64,000 nt of DNA from Octopus vulgaris (taxonomy: Eukaryota), in assembly GCA_951406725.2 (NCBI GenBank), contig OX597837.1:27776001-27840000 (forward strand), in the 5' to 3' direction. Below, piece by piece: positions 26,015-39,569 of this stretch. The notes beneath the pieces were generated by a model, which saw only the letters and a list, made by a program, of their open reading frames with translations, ran no database searches and was not told the origin of the DNA. The translations under genes and the position numbers were made by a program. How positions within the stretch are numbered: position 1 is the stretch's first letter; every line of letters starts with the position of its first letter.

Positions 26015-26209
26015 TCAAAATAAGCAACAAGAATGACTCCGGTAATTTGGTACGATCGCTTCGTACTTCATCATTTTATTAAATGTTGTAAGTATTACAG
26101 CAGTTTTAAAATGCTGACCACTGTTGTAATACTTGCAACATTTAATAAAATGATGTAGTACGAAACGATCGTACCAAATTACCGGAGTCATTCTTGTTCC
26201 TTATTTTGA
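26015..26209. repeat. Fold-back (90-bp arms, 15-nt loop) with one-sided tail to about 26310
   Basis: 26015-26104 is the reverse complement of 26120-26209; a related element with a longer spacer is at about 38069-39010. Confidence 0.88.
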
Positions 26210-26312
26210 CTATAATCACCCCACGGATTTTTATGGATAACACCATACAGAATTCTGGTGCATCTAAATTAAGTACCATATTCATTTGAATCTAAATTTT
26301 TGCTGAACTTAC

Positions 26313-26366
<54 letters not shown>

Positions 26367-26537
26367 ATACAGTGTACATTTAAACACATTAAAGATGGCC
26401 ACAACAGGACATCTGACCCGCTAGAAGGAGTAATTAAACTCCAAACCATTACCAATGGTTTGGAGTTTAACTACTCCTTCTAGCGGGTCAAATGTCCTGT
26501 TATAGCCATCTCTAATGTGTTTAAATGTACACTGTAT
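26367..26537. repeat. Fold-back (arms of about 84 bp, 3-nt loop)
   Basis: ATACAGTGTACATTTAAAC...CCATT-ACC-AATGG...GTTTAAATGTACACTGTAT. Confidence 0.88.
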
Positions 26538-27128
26538 TTTTATATGATTAATATATAGTCTATTGACTATTTTTTTTCCTTCTCGCTACACCACTGGTAG
26601 CAAGGAAATTTTCTAATTTTTTTTTTTTTTTTTTGCTACCCTGGAATTTATTAATAAATGTAAATATATCTTCATGACAACGTTGGGATCACAGTGGCGC
26701 CCTATTTTGCCATTTGTATTACTTTCAAAGCCAATGATTGGCACAAGAGTATCTTTCCCACCTTCGTTCTAGGGGTAAAGTCTTTACCTTTTCGACTTTT
26801 CCCAGTTGCTGACATATCACATTGAGAAAATCTTCAGCACAAATTAAAACTCCTCCCCTTTCTAACGTTTTTTTCTTCATTTTTCTATATTTGACAGAAT
26901 TACTAAACTCAAACTATACACCACATAAACAGATCTAATTTAATTCGTTTACGTTCGCAGTTTACATTCAGTCGAGGGCGACTTTCTGTTTCATTTCTCC
27001 GGAGTCGTTATAATAAGTACCAGTAATGTATTGGTGTCCATTCAATCAATCAATATTCTTCCTTCCGAAAAGAAATTGTTTAGTATTATACCTTACACAA
27101 TCATTCTTATAAGAATTTTGTTTTTCAG

Positions 27129-27215
27129 GATTAATGATCGCTTTTTTGATTCTTGGCAATGCGTTCATATTCGTTTTGGGAGGCATCATTAGCCGAATTC
27201 CTGCGGATCTTGATG
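27129..27215 (+). CDS. SLCO: SLCO coding exon 2 (TM5)
   Basis: TTTTTCAG acceptor, GLMIAFLILGNAFIFVLGGIISRIPADLD, G|GTAAG donor, phase 1-1. Confidence 0.88.
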
Positions 27216-27439
27216 GTAAGAACTATGCACTTACGCACTTCCACAAGGTTTTATCTTTTAGACTGTTTCTTTCTTTCTGATGTAAACTTATCTTTTCCTA
27301 CTCGACATTCCAGTTTGTTTTCCTCCACCTGTCCAGATTATCTAGTTATCATACATACTTTCTGTCTACCTGTTGTCTACCGTCCTATACATTTATCTAC
27401 CTACATATCATTCACTCAATTAACTATTTAAACCAGACA

Positions 27440-28161
27440 TCTATATCTATCCGCTCAGTCGAAGTCGACCCTCGGTTACCCGACGGATCAGTGTCCTCCA
27501 GTCAGTTCTATCCTGGGCTGCTTCTTTCAGACTGGCTATGTCCATTCCGGTATCCCTCTTGATGGTGTCAAGCCAGCGGGTTCTTGGTCAGCCTCTTCCT
27601 TTCTTGCCACTGACCATTCCAAGCATGAAGTCCTCCAGGGATTTTCTCTGCATAATATGACCGAAATATGCCAATCTATGCTTGGTGATCCTAGCTTCTA
27701 GCGACATTTTCGGCCTGATCTGCTTAAGATATATATATATATATATCTGCTCAGTCGAAGTTGACCCTCGTTGGATCAGTGTCCTCCAGTCAGTTCTATC
27801 CTGGGCCGCTTCTTTCAGATGGGCTATGTCCATTCCGGTATCCCTCTTGATGGTGTCAAGCCAGCGGGTTCTTGGTCGGCCTCTTCCTCTCTTGCCACTG
27901 ACCATTCCGAGCATGATGTCCTTCTCCAGGGATTTTCTCCGCATAATATGACCGAAATATGCCAATCTATGCTTGGTGATCCTAGCTTCTAGCGACATTT
28001 TCGGCCTGATCTGCTTAAGAACTTCTCCATTGGTGAGCCTCACTGTCCATGGAATCCGTAAAAGTCTTCTCCAACACCAAAGCTCGAATGCATTAATTCT
28101 CTTCTGGTCAGCTTTCTTTAGTGTCCAGGTCTCGCATCCATATGTTGCTATTGGGAAGACA
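27440..28161 (-). mobile_element. RTE (BovB-like) LINE 3' fragment with tandemly doubled 3' end
   Basis: Peptide YGCETWTLKK...FELWCWRRLLRIPWT...LAYFGHIMRR...GKRGRGRPRTRWLD; 14-bp TSD ATTTAAACCAGACA (27426-27439, 28162-28175). Confidence 0.9.
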
Positions 28162-28179
28162 ATTTAAACCAGACAAGGA

Positions 28180-28330
28180 CAACCTTTTTCCATGTGCTTC
28201 ATTAATGGGATCCAAGTACTGCAACGCCGATAAAAGAAGTATGTGGACCGCAAGGGGTCTATATTGTAAAATAAACCCCATTTAATCACATTCTATGAGA
28301 GTATCTCGGTCATCGTTTGAATGTTTCAGC
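28180..28330 (+). mobile_element. Degenerate mariner C-terminal fragment
   Basis: FINGIQVLQRR*KKYVDRKG resembles the mariner transposase C-terminus. Confidence 0.55.
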
Positions 28331-28770
28331 CAAACCTAATAGATGCTTGTTTGAGCGAGTGTTCATGCGTGCAAGCCCTCTTGTTTGTTATTATTATTTT
28401 TAACGTTCGTCTATTCGATTTGATTTTTTGATAATTCTATATAAAAAAAAATTAAAAAATTAAAATAAATAAATAAATAAATAAAAGTTTAAAAGTTAAT
28501 AAATTTAAAATTCAAAAAATATTTAAAAAATATAAAAATTTATAAATATAAATTAAAAATTTTAAATTTAAATAATTTAAATTTTAAATTTTATATTTTA
28601 TATATTTTGTATATTATATTAATTATATTTATTTTTATGTATTGGTTTATGTTTTTCAATGTTTGATTTGCCTAATAGTGGTTTTATCTCTAATATAATT
28701 TATATTTACACTGTGAAATTTGATTTAATCTTAAATCTAATTTTTCCCCTGTAAATTTGGATTTACTCCC

Positions 28771-28771
<1 letters not shown>

Positions 28772-28863
<92 letters not shown>

Positions 28864-28870
28864 TATATAT
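28772..28870. repeat. (ATT)n then (TA)n microsatellite
   Basis: Direct reading. Confidence 0.95.
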
Positions 28871-29470
28871 GTGTATGCATGTATAAAAAATACAAACTGG
28901 GACAAGGACGCAAAACATTTTGATGACGACACAAAAAACACGGACGGGACATTCGAAGTCTTCAATCTTCAGTCAAGAACCGGATCATCCTCGCAATTTC
29001 GGCTGATTAATCTTGAGATTGCTCCAATCTGGCTAGCCCCAAGGAAAAACTAAGCTAAGCGCATTAGATTCCTTGGAAGAAAGCTTCGAATGTATACAAA
29101 ACAAGGACAGAAAAACGGACGATGTTACACGAATATGAATACAAAAAATAATACGTAAAAACAATAATAATAATATTAATAACAATAACAGGACATCACG
29201 AACAGGCGTCTTTCGACTAGTACGAATTATATATATATATGTATATGTATATGTATATATATTATTTTATCTGGGGCGAGTCATTTAAAGCAATCGCCCA
29301 TTTCCACTCATTTATTTATTTTCACTAGTAAAAATAAATAAGTAAATGAGTTGAAACCGGTAAGTGCGTTAAATTAATAAGACACTAAAAAAACGACTCT
29401 CCCCAGACACAATAAAATACGCTTCAACACACGAATTCACATAAAGAATCTTGTAAACCAAATATAAAAA

Positions 29471-29504
<34 letters not shown>

Positions 29505-29506
<2 letters not shown>

Positions 29507-29732
29507 TCTCTCTCTTTTACTCCTTTACTCTTTTACTTGTTTCAGTCATTTGACTGCGGCCATGCTGGAGCACCGCCTTTAGTCGAGCAAATCGACCCCA
29601 GGACTTATTCTTTGTAAGCCCAGTACTTATTCTATCGGTCTCTTTTGCCGAACCGCTAAGTGACGGGGACGTAAACACACCACCCTCGGTTGTCAAGCAA
29701 TGCTAGGGGGACAAACACAGACACACACACAA

Positions 29733-29765
<33 letters not shown>

Positions 29766-29936
29766 CATATATACGACAGGCTTCTTTCAGTTTCCGTCTA
29801 CCAAATCCACTCACAAGGCATTGGTCGGCCCGGGGCTATAGCAGAAGACACTTGCCCAAGATGCCACGCAGTGGGACTGAACCCGGAACCATGTGGCTGG
29901 TTAGCAAGCTACTTACCACACAGCCACTCCTGCGCC
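29505..29936 (-). mobile_element. SINE A, full length
   Basis: Homologous to 3193-3808. Confidence 0.88.
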
Positions 29937-30185
29937 TATATATATATCTTTCTCTCATATATATATATCATTTATTTATGAATAATACATTTTACTTTAT
30001 TTTTGTGTGTATATGTGTTTGCTCATGCGTGTGAGAGAGAGAAAGAGAGAGAGGCAGATATACAGAGACATGGAGTGAGAGAAAGTGGGAGAGAAAGGAG
30101 GCACCATATTTCCATTCCATATAATTCAAGAAAAAACGTCTTTTCAAAGAAAGTTCTAATATTTGTAATTCTTTTATTATTCCAG

Positions 30186-30434
30186 GTAAAGGTATGACAC
30201 CGAGTGATCCCAACTGGATTGGTGCCTGGTGGATAGGGTTTCTCTTCATTGCTGCTATTACCATCTTGTTCGGGTTTCCTTTGATGTTTTATCCAAGAGA
30301 AATACCAAAACAAAAACAACCAAAGTCGCGACCCGGAAACCTCGACTCTGCAGTTTTGAGGTTAGTTAAGGAAACCACGGAAAACCATAAAACTGAAGAA
30401 ACTGGAAAAACATCTTTCATAGAAAAATTAAAAG
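30186..30434 (+). CDS. SLCO: SLCO coding exon 3 (OATP signature, TM6)
   Basis: DPNWIGAWWIGFL matches the OATP signature D-x-RW-(I/V)-GAWW-x-G-(F/L)-L except R to N; TTCCAG acceptor, G|GTAAAA donor. Confidence 0.93.
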
Positions 30435-30450
30435 GTAAAATTAAATAATA

Positions 30451-30872
30451 TACTCTCTTTCGCTCTTTTACTCTTTTACCTGTTTTAGTCATTTGACTGC
30501 GGCCATGCTGGAGCACAGCCTTTAGTCGAGCAAATCGACTCCGGGACTTATTCTTTTGTAAGCCCAGTACTCGTTCTATCGGTCTCTTTTGCCGAACCGC
30601 TAAGTTACGGGGACGTAAACACACCAGCATCGGTTGTCAGGCGATGTTGGGGAGACAAACACAGACACGCAAACACACACACAGACATATATATACATAT
30701 ACTTATATACGATGGGCTTCTTTCAGTTTCCGTCTACCAAATCCACTCACAATGCTTTGGTCGGCCCGCGGCTATAGTAGAAGACACTTGCCCAAGGTGC
30801 CACGCAGTGGGACTGAACCCAGAACCATGTGGTTGGCAAACAAGCTACTTACCACACAGCCACTCCTGCGCC
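30451..30872 (-). mobile_element. SINE A, full length, tail about 16 nt from the exon 3 donor
   Basis: Homologous to other SINE A copies. Confidence 0.88.
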
Positions 30873-31489
30873 ATATTTATATTTTAAATTGAACACACAT
30901 ACGTATGTGTATATGTCGGTATGTTGTTCTTTTTATTTTGTTAATTTCGAGGTAATTTTGACTGTTATCATGCTTCATAGTAGAAAAGAAGGCATAATGG
31001 TTCATCATATTTCAAATCTTAAGAATGTCTTGAAGATTTTTATGGTCCCAATTATCGTGATCATTTATAGTGCATTAATTAAGGAGTTGTGTATTGTCCC
31101 CAAGAACCTAAATTCAGCCATACTTTGCTTCAGGCGAGTTGATACATATTCTGTTGCTCCAATAATAATAGGTATGAAACAGAAAGTATATCTTGGATTC
31201 TAGATTTTCAAATTCCTGATAAATGGTCAGTACATGTTCTCTTTCACCTCTTTACTCTCTTCTTTACTTGTTTCAGTCATTTTGACTGCGGCCATGCTGG
31301 AGCACCGCCTTTAGTCGAGCAAATCGACCCCGGGACTTATTCTTTTGTAAGCCCAGTACTTATTCTATCGGTCTCTTTTACCGAACCGCTAAGTGACGGG
31401 GACGTAAACACACCAGCATCGGTTGTCAAGCAATGCTAGGGGCACAAACACAGACACAGAAACACACACATACATATATATATTTTTTT

Positions 31490-33700
31490 TTCTGACCCCC
31501 ATTTCTGTCCAGAGAGCAGCTGATTTCCATAACCTAACGGAATATCGATGGAGTTTGAGTTTTCTTTCTTGCTATTCTGTTCTAAACAGAGCTGGCCACC
31601 ATATCATACTTCATGAGAAGATAATAATATCTGGAAGATATCCTCTTACAGTTGGCAGTAATGTGGCGATGTCTTCAGACTTGGTTTTGCACATCTTACC
31701 CCTGTTGCCTGTCAATGTTTTCTCTGTCTTATATTGCTGCTGGTACTTGGTGTAGATCTTTTGTTCATGAATTGCAAGGAAGTGTTGTGTGGACACCCCC
31801 AGACGATGAAGTAGACTAGCTCAATACGTAGATATTCAGGGAGAAGCCTAGGCACCAGGAGAGAGCAGTAGAGTCGAGTCGAGTTAAGTAGAAGGCATCC
31901 GAACGTGCGACATAACAGAAAGCAGCCTTCAAACTAGGATGTCATAAACTTACCGGGACTCCGTAACAAGATTTTGATCTGTTCCTTCTATGGCTCGTAT
32001 CTTTCTCGTCAATTACCCAATCACTGTCTTTTCAGTGAAATGGTCCACATTTTTCTTATTTTATTCTTTTGGAGAGATGCATACCAGCTCTTATTTCATG
32101 CATTTCCTCAACCTCATTAGGTCTCCTAATTATGCCATTGATCTCGTGATCGAAATCTTGGGCAAAATAGTTAGTGATCACTTTCCTCTGCTGCAGTGTC
32201 AATACGTGTTTCATATGACATCGATACAGATTTAAGTCCACAGCCACTATCCTTGCCTGGGAAGTATAACCTGTTTACGTTTCCATTTATGTCGACGATT
32301 CATGTAACACTGAGTAGCTTGTGAGTTCTTAGGTCAATCTTGTTGAGCTCTTGTAACCACCAGTTTAGGAGGCCAAGTGTGGGCACGAGGACAAGCATCG
32401 CAAAGGTGTTGTGGGCGATATTCTTGTTTTAAGCAAAGAGTTCAGAAGGCCATATTTTTAAAACTCGCTCTAAGAATTCACTCCTTGACATCTCTTTACT
32501 GATGGGTACATAATAGCTGACATTCTCATTCTGTTCATGGTACTCGTAGCTTTCACCAAAGACTATTTTTCCATAGTTTATTTCTAGTTTTTTTCATGTA
32601 TTGGAAAAGGGCTCAAGTTTCCCACATTATACCATCAACGTTTTCCCATCTCATAACCCAACTTCGAGAACTGGATTACGAGATCCAGTTGCTTTTTGAT
32701 GACCAACAACCCATACAGCTCCAGGTTTCCTACATTTTATCATCAACGTTTTACCATCTCAAAACCTACATTTTACCTATTTCTTTACTACCCACAAGGG
32801 GCTAAGCACAGAGGGGACAAACAAGGACAGACAAACGGATTAAGTCGATTATATGGACCCCAGTGCGTAACTGGTACTTATTTAATCGACCCCGAAAGGA
32901 TGAAAGGCAAAGTCGACCTCGGCGGAATTTGAACTCAGAACGTAGCGGCAGACGAAATACCGCTAAGCATTTTGTCCGGTGTACTAACGATTCTGCCATT
33001 TCAAAACCTATATTTTACCATCAACGTTTTCCCATCTCATAACCCAACTTAGAGAACTGGATTAAGAGATCCAGTTGCTTTTTGATGTCCAAGAACCCAT
33101 ACAGCTCCAGGTCATTAACAAAGAAAAAGAATAAAATGTTACTGGATCGATTCCTACAACAGTTATGCTTTGTGATCAGGCATGATAAGAGGTTTAATGA
33201 GAAAACAGTGAATTGTACTGACAAGCTGTCGCGTTGAAGGATGCCTGTTTGGTAGTGTATGGTGTCAGAATTGATATGCTTACAGTTGCCTCTAAGAAGT
33301 ATACGATATGCTTGTATTAAGCTGAGAGTTCAGATCATATTTTTAAAATTCTTTGTCCTTTCTTTATTGGTGGGTCCATAATATCTGACATTCTCCATTA
33401 TGCCCATGATACCTGTAGCTTTTACCAAAGAGTATTTTTAGGTCATCGATTTTTAGTCCTTTGGTGTCTTGGAGGAAAGCTCAAGTTTGCCACATTCTGA
33501 CTCACAAAATTTCATTCTAATATCTTTAGAGAATTGGGTTATGAGACCCAGTTGCCTGGAAGCCTCATTGGTTTTGAAAATGTTTTGGGGAATCAGCTCT
33601 TTTATGAGAAAGACACTCTGACATAGTATCAATTATTTTGTAATGTTTGTTATAGGAGACTATGGTAACCGAAAGAGTGGGAAAAGTGTTGTAAAAGCTT
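31490..33700 (-). mobile_element. Highly degenerate non-LTR retrotransposon (R4/Dong-like) fragments, with SINE B at 32778-32997
   Basis: Minus peptide FLAIHEQKIYTKY...KMCKTKSEDI resembles the region before the CCHC motif of RLE-type LINEs; many stops. Confidence 0.5.
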
Positions 33701-33804
33701 TTGTCATTTAAATCTAGTAACACACAGATGTCTCACAACTGTAATGTGAGACAGCTGTCATCTGACGTGATGAAGCAGCCATGACGGAGGCATGTCTGCG
33801 TGTG

Positions 33805-33809
<5 letters not shown>

Positions 33810-33838
<29 letters not shown>

Positions 33839-34681
33839 TGTATGTATGTATGTATGTATGTATGTATGTATGTATGTATATATGCATGTATGTATGCATG
33901 TATGTAGTACGTATGTAGTATGTATGTATGTATGTATGTATGTATGTATGTATGTATGTATGTATGTATGTATGTATGTATGTATGTATGTATTTATTTA
34001 TGTATGTATGTATGTATGTATAGATGTATGTATGTATGTATGTATGTATGTATGTATGTATGTATGTATGTATGTATGTATGTATAGATGTATGTATGTA
34101 TGTATGTATGTATGCATGCTAGCATGCATGTATGTAGTATGTAGGCATGTATGTATGTATGTATGTATGTATGTATGTATGTATGTATGTATGTATGTAT
34201 GTATGTATGTATGTATGTATGTATGTATGTATGTATGTATGTATGTATGTATGTATGTATGTATAGATGTATGTATGTATGTATGTATGTATGTATGTAT
34301 GTATGTATAGATGTATGTATGTATGTATGTATGTATGTATGTAGGCATGTATGTACGTACGTATGTATGTATGTATGTATGTATGTACGTATGTATGTAT
34401 GTATGTATGTATGTATAGATGTATGTATGTATGTATGTATGTATGTATGTATGTATGTATGTATAGATGTATGTATGTATGTATGTATAGATGTATGTAT
34501 GTATGTATGTATAGATGTATGTATGTATGTATGTATGTATGTGTGTATGTATGTATGTATGTATGTATAGATGTATGTATGTATGTATAGATGTATGTAT
34601 GTATGTATGTATGTATGTATGTATGTATGTATGTACGTACGTATGTATGTATGTATGTATGTGTGTATGTATGTATGTATT

Positions 34682-34715
<34 letters not shown>

Positions 34716-34840
34716 TGTATGTATGCATGCTAGCATGCATGTATGTAGTATGTATGCATGTATGTACGTACGTATGTATGTATGTATGTATGCATGTATG
34801 TACGTACGTATGCATGTATGTATGTATATATGTATGTATG

Positions 34841-34874
<34 letters not shown>

Positions 34875-35003
34875 TGTATGTATGTATGTATGTATGTATG
34901 TATGTATGTATGTATGTAGTATGTATGCATGTATGTACGTACGTATGTATGTATGTATGTATGCATGTATGTACGTACGTACGTATGTATGTATGTATGT
35001 ATG

Positions 35004-35037
<34 letters not shown>

Positions 35038-35238
35038 TGTATGCATGCTAGCATGCATGTATGTAGTATGTATGCATGTATGTACGTACGTATGTATGTA
35101 TGTATGTATATATGTATGTATGTATGTATGTATGTGTGTGCATGTATGTATGTGTGTGTGTGCTTATATGTACGTATATATGTGTGTATGTTTGTGTTTG
35201 TATGTATATATGTATGCATACATGTATGCATGTATGTA
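33810..35238. repeat. (TATG)n microsatellite with TAGA, TACG and CATG variants
   Basis: Direct reading. Confidence 0.97.
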
Positions 35239-35630
35239 AGGAATGTACGTTATTATTTAATTTTATTTTTAGATTTCTCTTCAACAGTGAAAGAGTCTGT
35301 TTCTAACCCAGAGCCAATGCTCTTTCATTGGAATTTCAGCAACATCAGCAAGGTATTTGTGCAGTATGCATGGCTTTCAGCAATATTTTGAGTTAGTGCA
35401 TGTCAAGATTTGTATATTTTGTTTAAGTATATATTTTATAAGCTTATTTTGAGTCTAGACGTGTGCATTTGTACTTGAATACTAAACTTTTGAGAAGTTT
35501 TACATACTTTGACAGTTCCATTGATGGCATGTATCTGTAATCTTCTAATTAGCTTTCTCCTTTTCTGGTTTTGAGAGCCCTAATTCCTCAAAGTACAGTG
35601 TCTAATGAAGAGATAATAACCTGATGATTC

Positions 35631-35770
35631 CGTATCACTTATCACATTTCTGTATCACTTATCACATTTCTGTATCACTTATCACATTTCTGTATCACTT
35701 ATCACATTTCTGTATCACTTATCACATTTCTGTATCACTTATCACATTTCTGTATCACTTATCACATTTT
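35631..35770. repeat. 20-bp minisatellite TGTATCACTTATCACATTTC, about 7 units
   Basis: Direct reading. Confidence 0.95.
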
Positions 35771-36699
35771 GGTATTTTCCTTGCATTTCTGTCTCTTTTG
35801 TGCATCAGAAATTTGGTTTTTTGTTTTTGTTCCCGAATTGCAAACGTATACTGAGAGTTGTTGATCCGGTTGTTGGTCCACAAAAGACTGCTTTGATTAT
35901 CAATGTTGCCGTCATTCCGGAACCTTCTGTAAACTTACCCATGCTTGGTCTTCATCATTTTATCTGATGATACATTGCAGCAGAGTCAGGCAACTTCTTT
36001 GGGCATGCGTTCAAGGTTATTAAACAGGCAATGTTTCTCGAGCTGCATTCCAAGTCTCATGATGTTATCTGCCTCATGTATGCAAACTTGGTCAAAAGAT
36101 ACACTTCGACACTTGGTGGATAAAGGGTGTTGCCAAAGAGAAATTATATGACATTCAAAAGCAGTCTGGATCGTGAAAAATTGTTGTACTGGTCCTTACC
36201 TTCTAGGTTTTCACATCAGCGGCTCAAACCTCATCAAGCATCTAACCGATTAGCCCAAATCTTGGTATGCGTACTGATACTACAAAAAAAAAAAAATTAT
36301 GGGCCACTGGTTTATTGAACGCAGAGAGTTCTGAGGCCGATATTTCTCTTACTCGTATTTAGCGATATGTTCCTTGTTACAGGCATCGTCATATGATGTC
36401 TCCATCCACCCTTAGGTGCCTGATGTATTATTGGTCAGATTTAGGAGAAATAAGACAATTAATTGATGGAGATTTATTTGAACATTTTCCCTGATCAAAC
36501 TTCATTCCTTTATCGTTTGTGAATGGTCTAACCAGGTCAAGGCACCTTTTCATCTCATGCTTATTCTTGGCATACAGATTCAAGTTACCCACAAAGAAGC
36601 AGTGTGTAATATTGGCATTTCTGTCCCCCTCGTGAACCAGTGAATTACTTTTCAGACTTCCTCAACTTAAATGATAAGGGGTTTACTGAAAGTATTAAC

Positions 36700-37560
36700 A
36701 GCATCAAGGAGAGGCTGTCACCTTAGAATATACCTGTGCTTTACCAAATTTAAGATCTTAAATTCCTCTGTTATGGCCTGGGGGTCACTATGAGGAATTA
36801 GAGGGAGCTGAGAACCGAACCTGTATGCTGAATCCTTGGCTATACTTGTTGCCGACTTTCACCTTTCTGACAGCATCCTTGTACATAGCTTGTACAGATC
36901 CCACCAACCATTCATCTATCCCTAGCTTCCACATTTCCCACCTGATAAAGGAGCGGGGAAACCAGTCAAAGGTTTTCTCCATGTCAACAAAAGCCAAGTA
37001 TAGAGGTCTATTTTTAGTAAAGCACTTCTCCTGCAGCTGCCTTACCTGGAATCAGTGGTGTTTCTCCCTGGCACAAAACCAAATTTCATCTCTCATCTAA
37101 GCTAACACTCGCGCTAATTAGTTGAGCTATGATCCTCTCTGTAACTTTCATCATCAGGTGCAGCTATTTGATAACTCATTATAACTTATTTATATCTAAG
37201 ACGTCACCTTTACCTTTGTAGCTGTTGGCTATAATGTTGCTATACCAGTCATTGGGAATAACTCCCTCGTAGACAATCTGATGAACTATACGGGTGACTA
37301 GACTATATCTCACTCCAGATATTTTAAGCATCTCAGCAATGATAATTATTGCACTATCAATCACCTTATCCACCTATTTCTTAGCTAGGAGTATGTCCAC
37401 GCCACGTACCCCGTCACTATTGCATTCCCAGAAGATTTTATGCCTATGTTTTTTGCCTTGCAGAAGCACCTTTCCACCTTACTTCTTGAATGCCTCCGTT
37501 CAAGCATCTCACACACATCAACAAGCCTCCGTTAAAGCATCTCAAAAATTTCACCTGACC
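36700..37560 (-). mobile_element. Degenerate RTE-type reverse transcriptase fragment
   Basis: EGVIPNDW...YKGKGD and AFVDMEKTFDWFPRSFIRW...KLGIDEWLV...MYKDA. Confidence 0.8.
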
Positions 37561-37921
37561 TACGAAGGTTATACATGCATATACATACATACATACATAC
37601 ATACATACATACATACATACATACACACACACAAACGTACACACACATACATACACATACAAAAACATGAAAGTATATGAATATACACTCACGCAAGCGC
37701 GCACATACACACATGAAAAAACACACACAGACGAACATACACACATACACACACACACGTACAATATACAATATATTATTATCTTATACATCATACATGT
37801 ATATATGTATGTATTATTCTTAAACGAGATTATTATTGAAAGTGACCTCGAAGTCAATCCAGGCACGATTTTCTTCCTCCGTTTTTTTCCTCACTCTATC
37901 TGTTTTCCCTCTTCTTCATTC

Positions 37922-37957
37922 CTTTCTGTAGAAGAGCAAAAGCTCGAAACGTCAAAG
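37922..37957 (+). ncRNA. Minimal hammerhead-like motif (CUGU core variant)
   Basis: CTTT-CTGTAGA-A-GAGC-AAAA-GCTC-GAAA-CG-TC-AAAG. Confidence 0.6.
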
Positions 37958-39026
37958 ACACTTCCAATTTTCCTAAGCATCAAATTAATGTTTGTTGTTT
38001 CCTCACCTGTCTCTGTCCTCAGTCTTTTTGGGTTTTTTAATACAATTTGGATTATATATATATATATAATCAAAACAAGCAATAAGGATATCCAAGGTAG
38101 TGTAGTACAATCGTTTCATGCTACTTCATTTTATTAAACACTGTAAGTATTACATCAGTTTTAAATTGTCGAGCAATCTTCAGCCACATATAAAAAATTT
38201 TTAATTAAATGGACAATGTACATTTTTACACTTATTTCATTTGTCAACATTACAAAGAGGGTAGATATATAGACAGAGAGGTTAATTTCATCATTAAGAA
38301 CATGGTAGTAGAATGTCCTTCACCATCTGTAGACTTTTTATCACTCCAGAGGTAATTAAATAATTCAAAAGATTATTATGAAGAATATTATAACAAACGG
38401 ATAAAAATTTTCTTGAATACTTTTCAGTACATACCAAACTTCTTATCCTAAACAAAAAATTATTTATTTACTTATTTAGCTAATATCAATAAAGACTGAT
38501 ACCTGGTATTAGCTAAAGGAATATTGATGTTATAGGACATGCTAATTATATGCTAATTTTAAAACTAAGAGGAATATTATAGGTTTTAGATGGTATCAGT
38601 ATTACTCCATACAAGATATTTATAGTTTCTTAGTGACAATCAAAATCTGTAACAAGTCTATCTTCCTGATAACTTAGTAGCTTCTAAGCTGAAGTTAAGA
38701 CAGCATGTTCTTAGTCTATCTCCTTACCTTCTTGAGGATTTTAGGTAAAATTATACTAATGTGTCCATCTGTTTTAATTTAATTAAATTGTATGTGTTTA
38801 TGCAGCTGACGATTGCTCTGCATTTAAATTGATGAAATGATTGCATTGTTCAATTAAATGGAGTTGCTTGAAACGATCGTACTGCATTACCTCTGGATAT
38901 TCTTATTGCTTATTTTGATTTTAATCACCTTATTTTGAAATTGTATGGATAATACCGTAACTAAATTCTGGCGCCTCAACTTAAGTACATATTCATGTCA
39001 ATTTAAATTATATATATATATGCATA

Positions 39027-39074
<48 letters not shown>

Positions 39075-39101
39075 CCAGGTTATTAGTATCACTATGCCTC
39101 A

Positions 39102-39152
<51 letters not shown>

Positions 39153-39194
39153 TTTTTTCTCTTTCCTTTCTCTCTCTTTATCTCTTTGTCTGTT

Positions 39195-39253
<59 letters not shown>

Positions 39254-39277
39254 CCTGGTTATTAGTATCACTATGCC

Positions 39278-39361
<84 letters not shown>

Positions 39362-39569
39362 GACAAAGAGAGACAGAGAAAGACAGAGAGAAAGGAAAGA
39401 GAAAAATGAAAAAACACAGGTTTGTTTTACAGGGTTTAAAAGTATATTAGTAGAGACATGGTAATAAAGTTATATAATTTTGTACATAATAAGGTTTTGC
39501 TTTTTCAACATAATTGAAGTAAGAACCGGTTTCGCATTGCTCATCAAACTGAGAGTTGAAAGAGATAAA

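Noticed and set aside
33792-35391. Long ORFs of MYVC/HTYI type (also 42523-43616, 49169-49682, 52511-53394, 62772-63530)
   Set aside because: Translations of stop-free microsatellites with no protein signal
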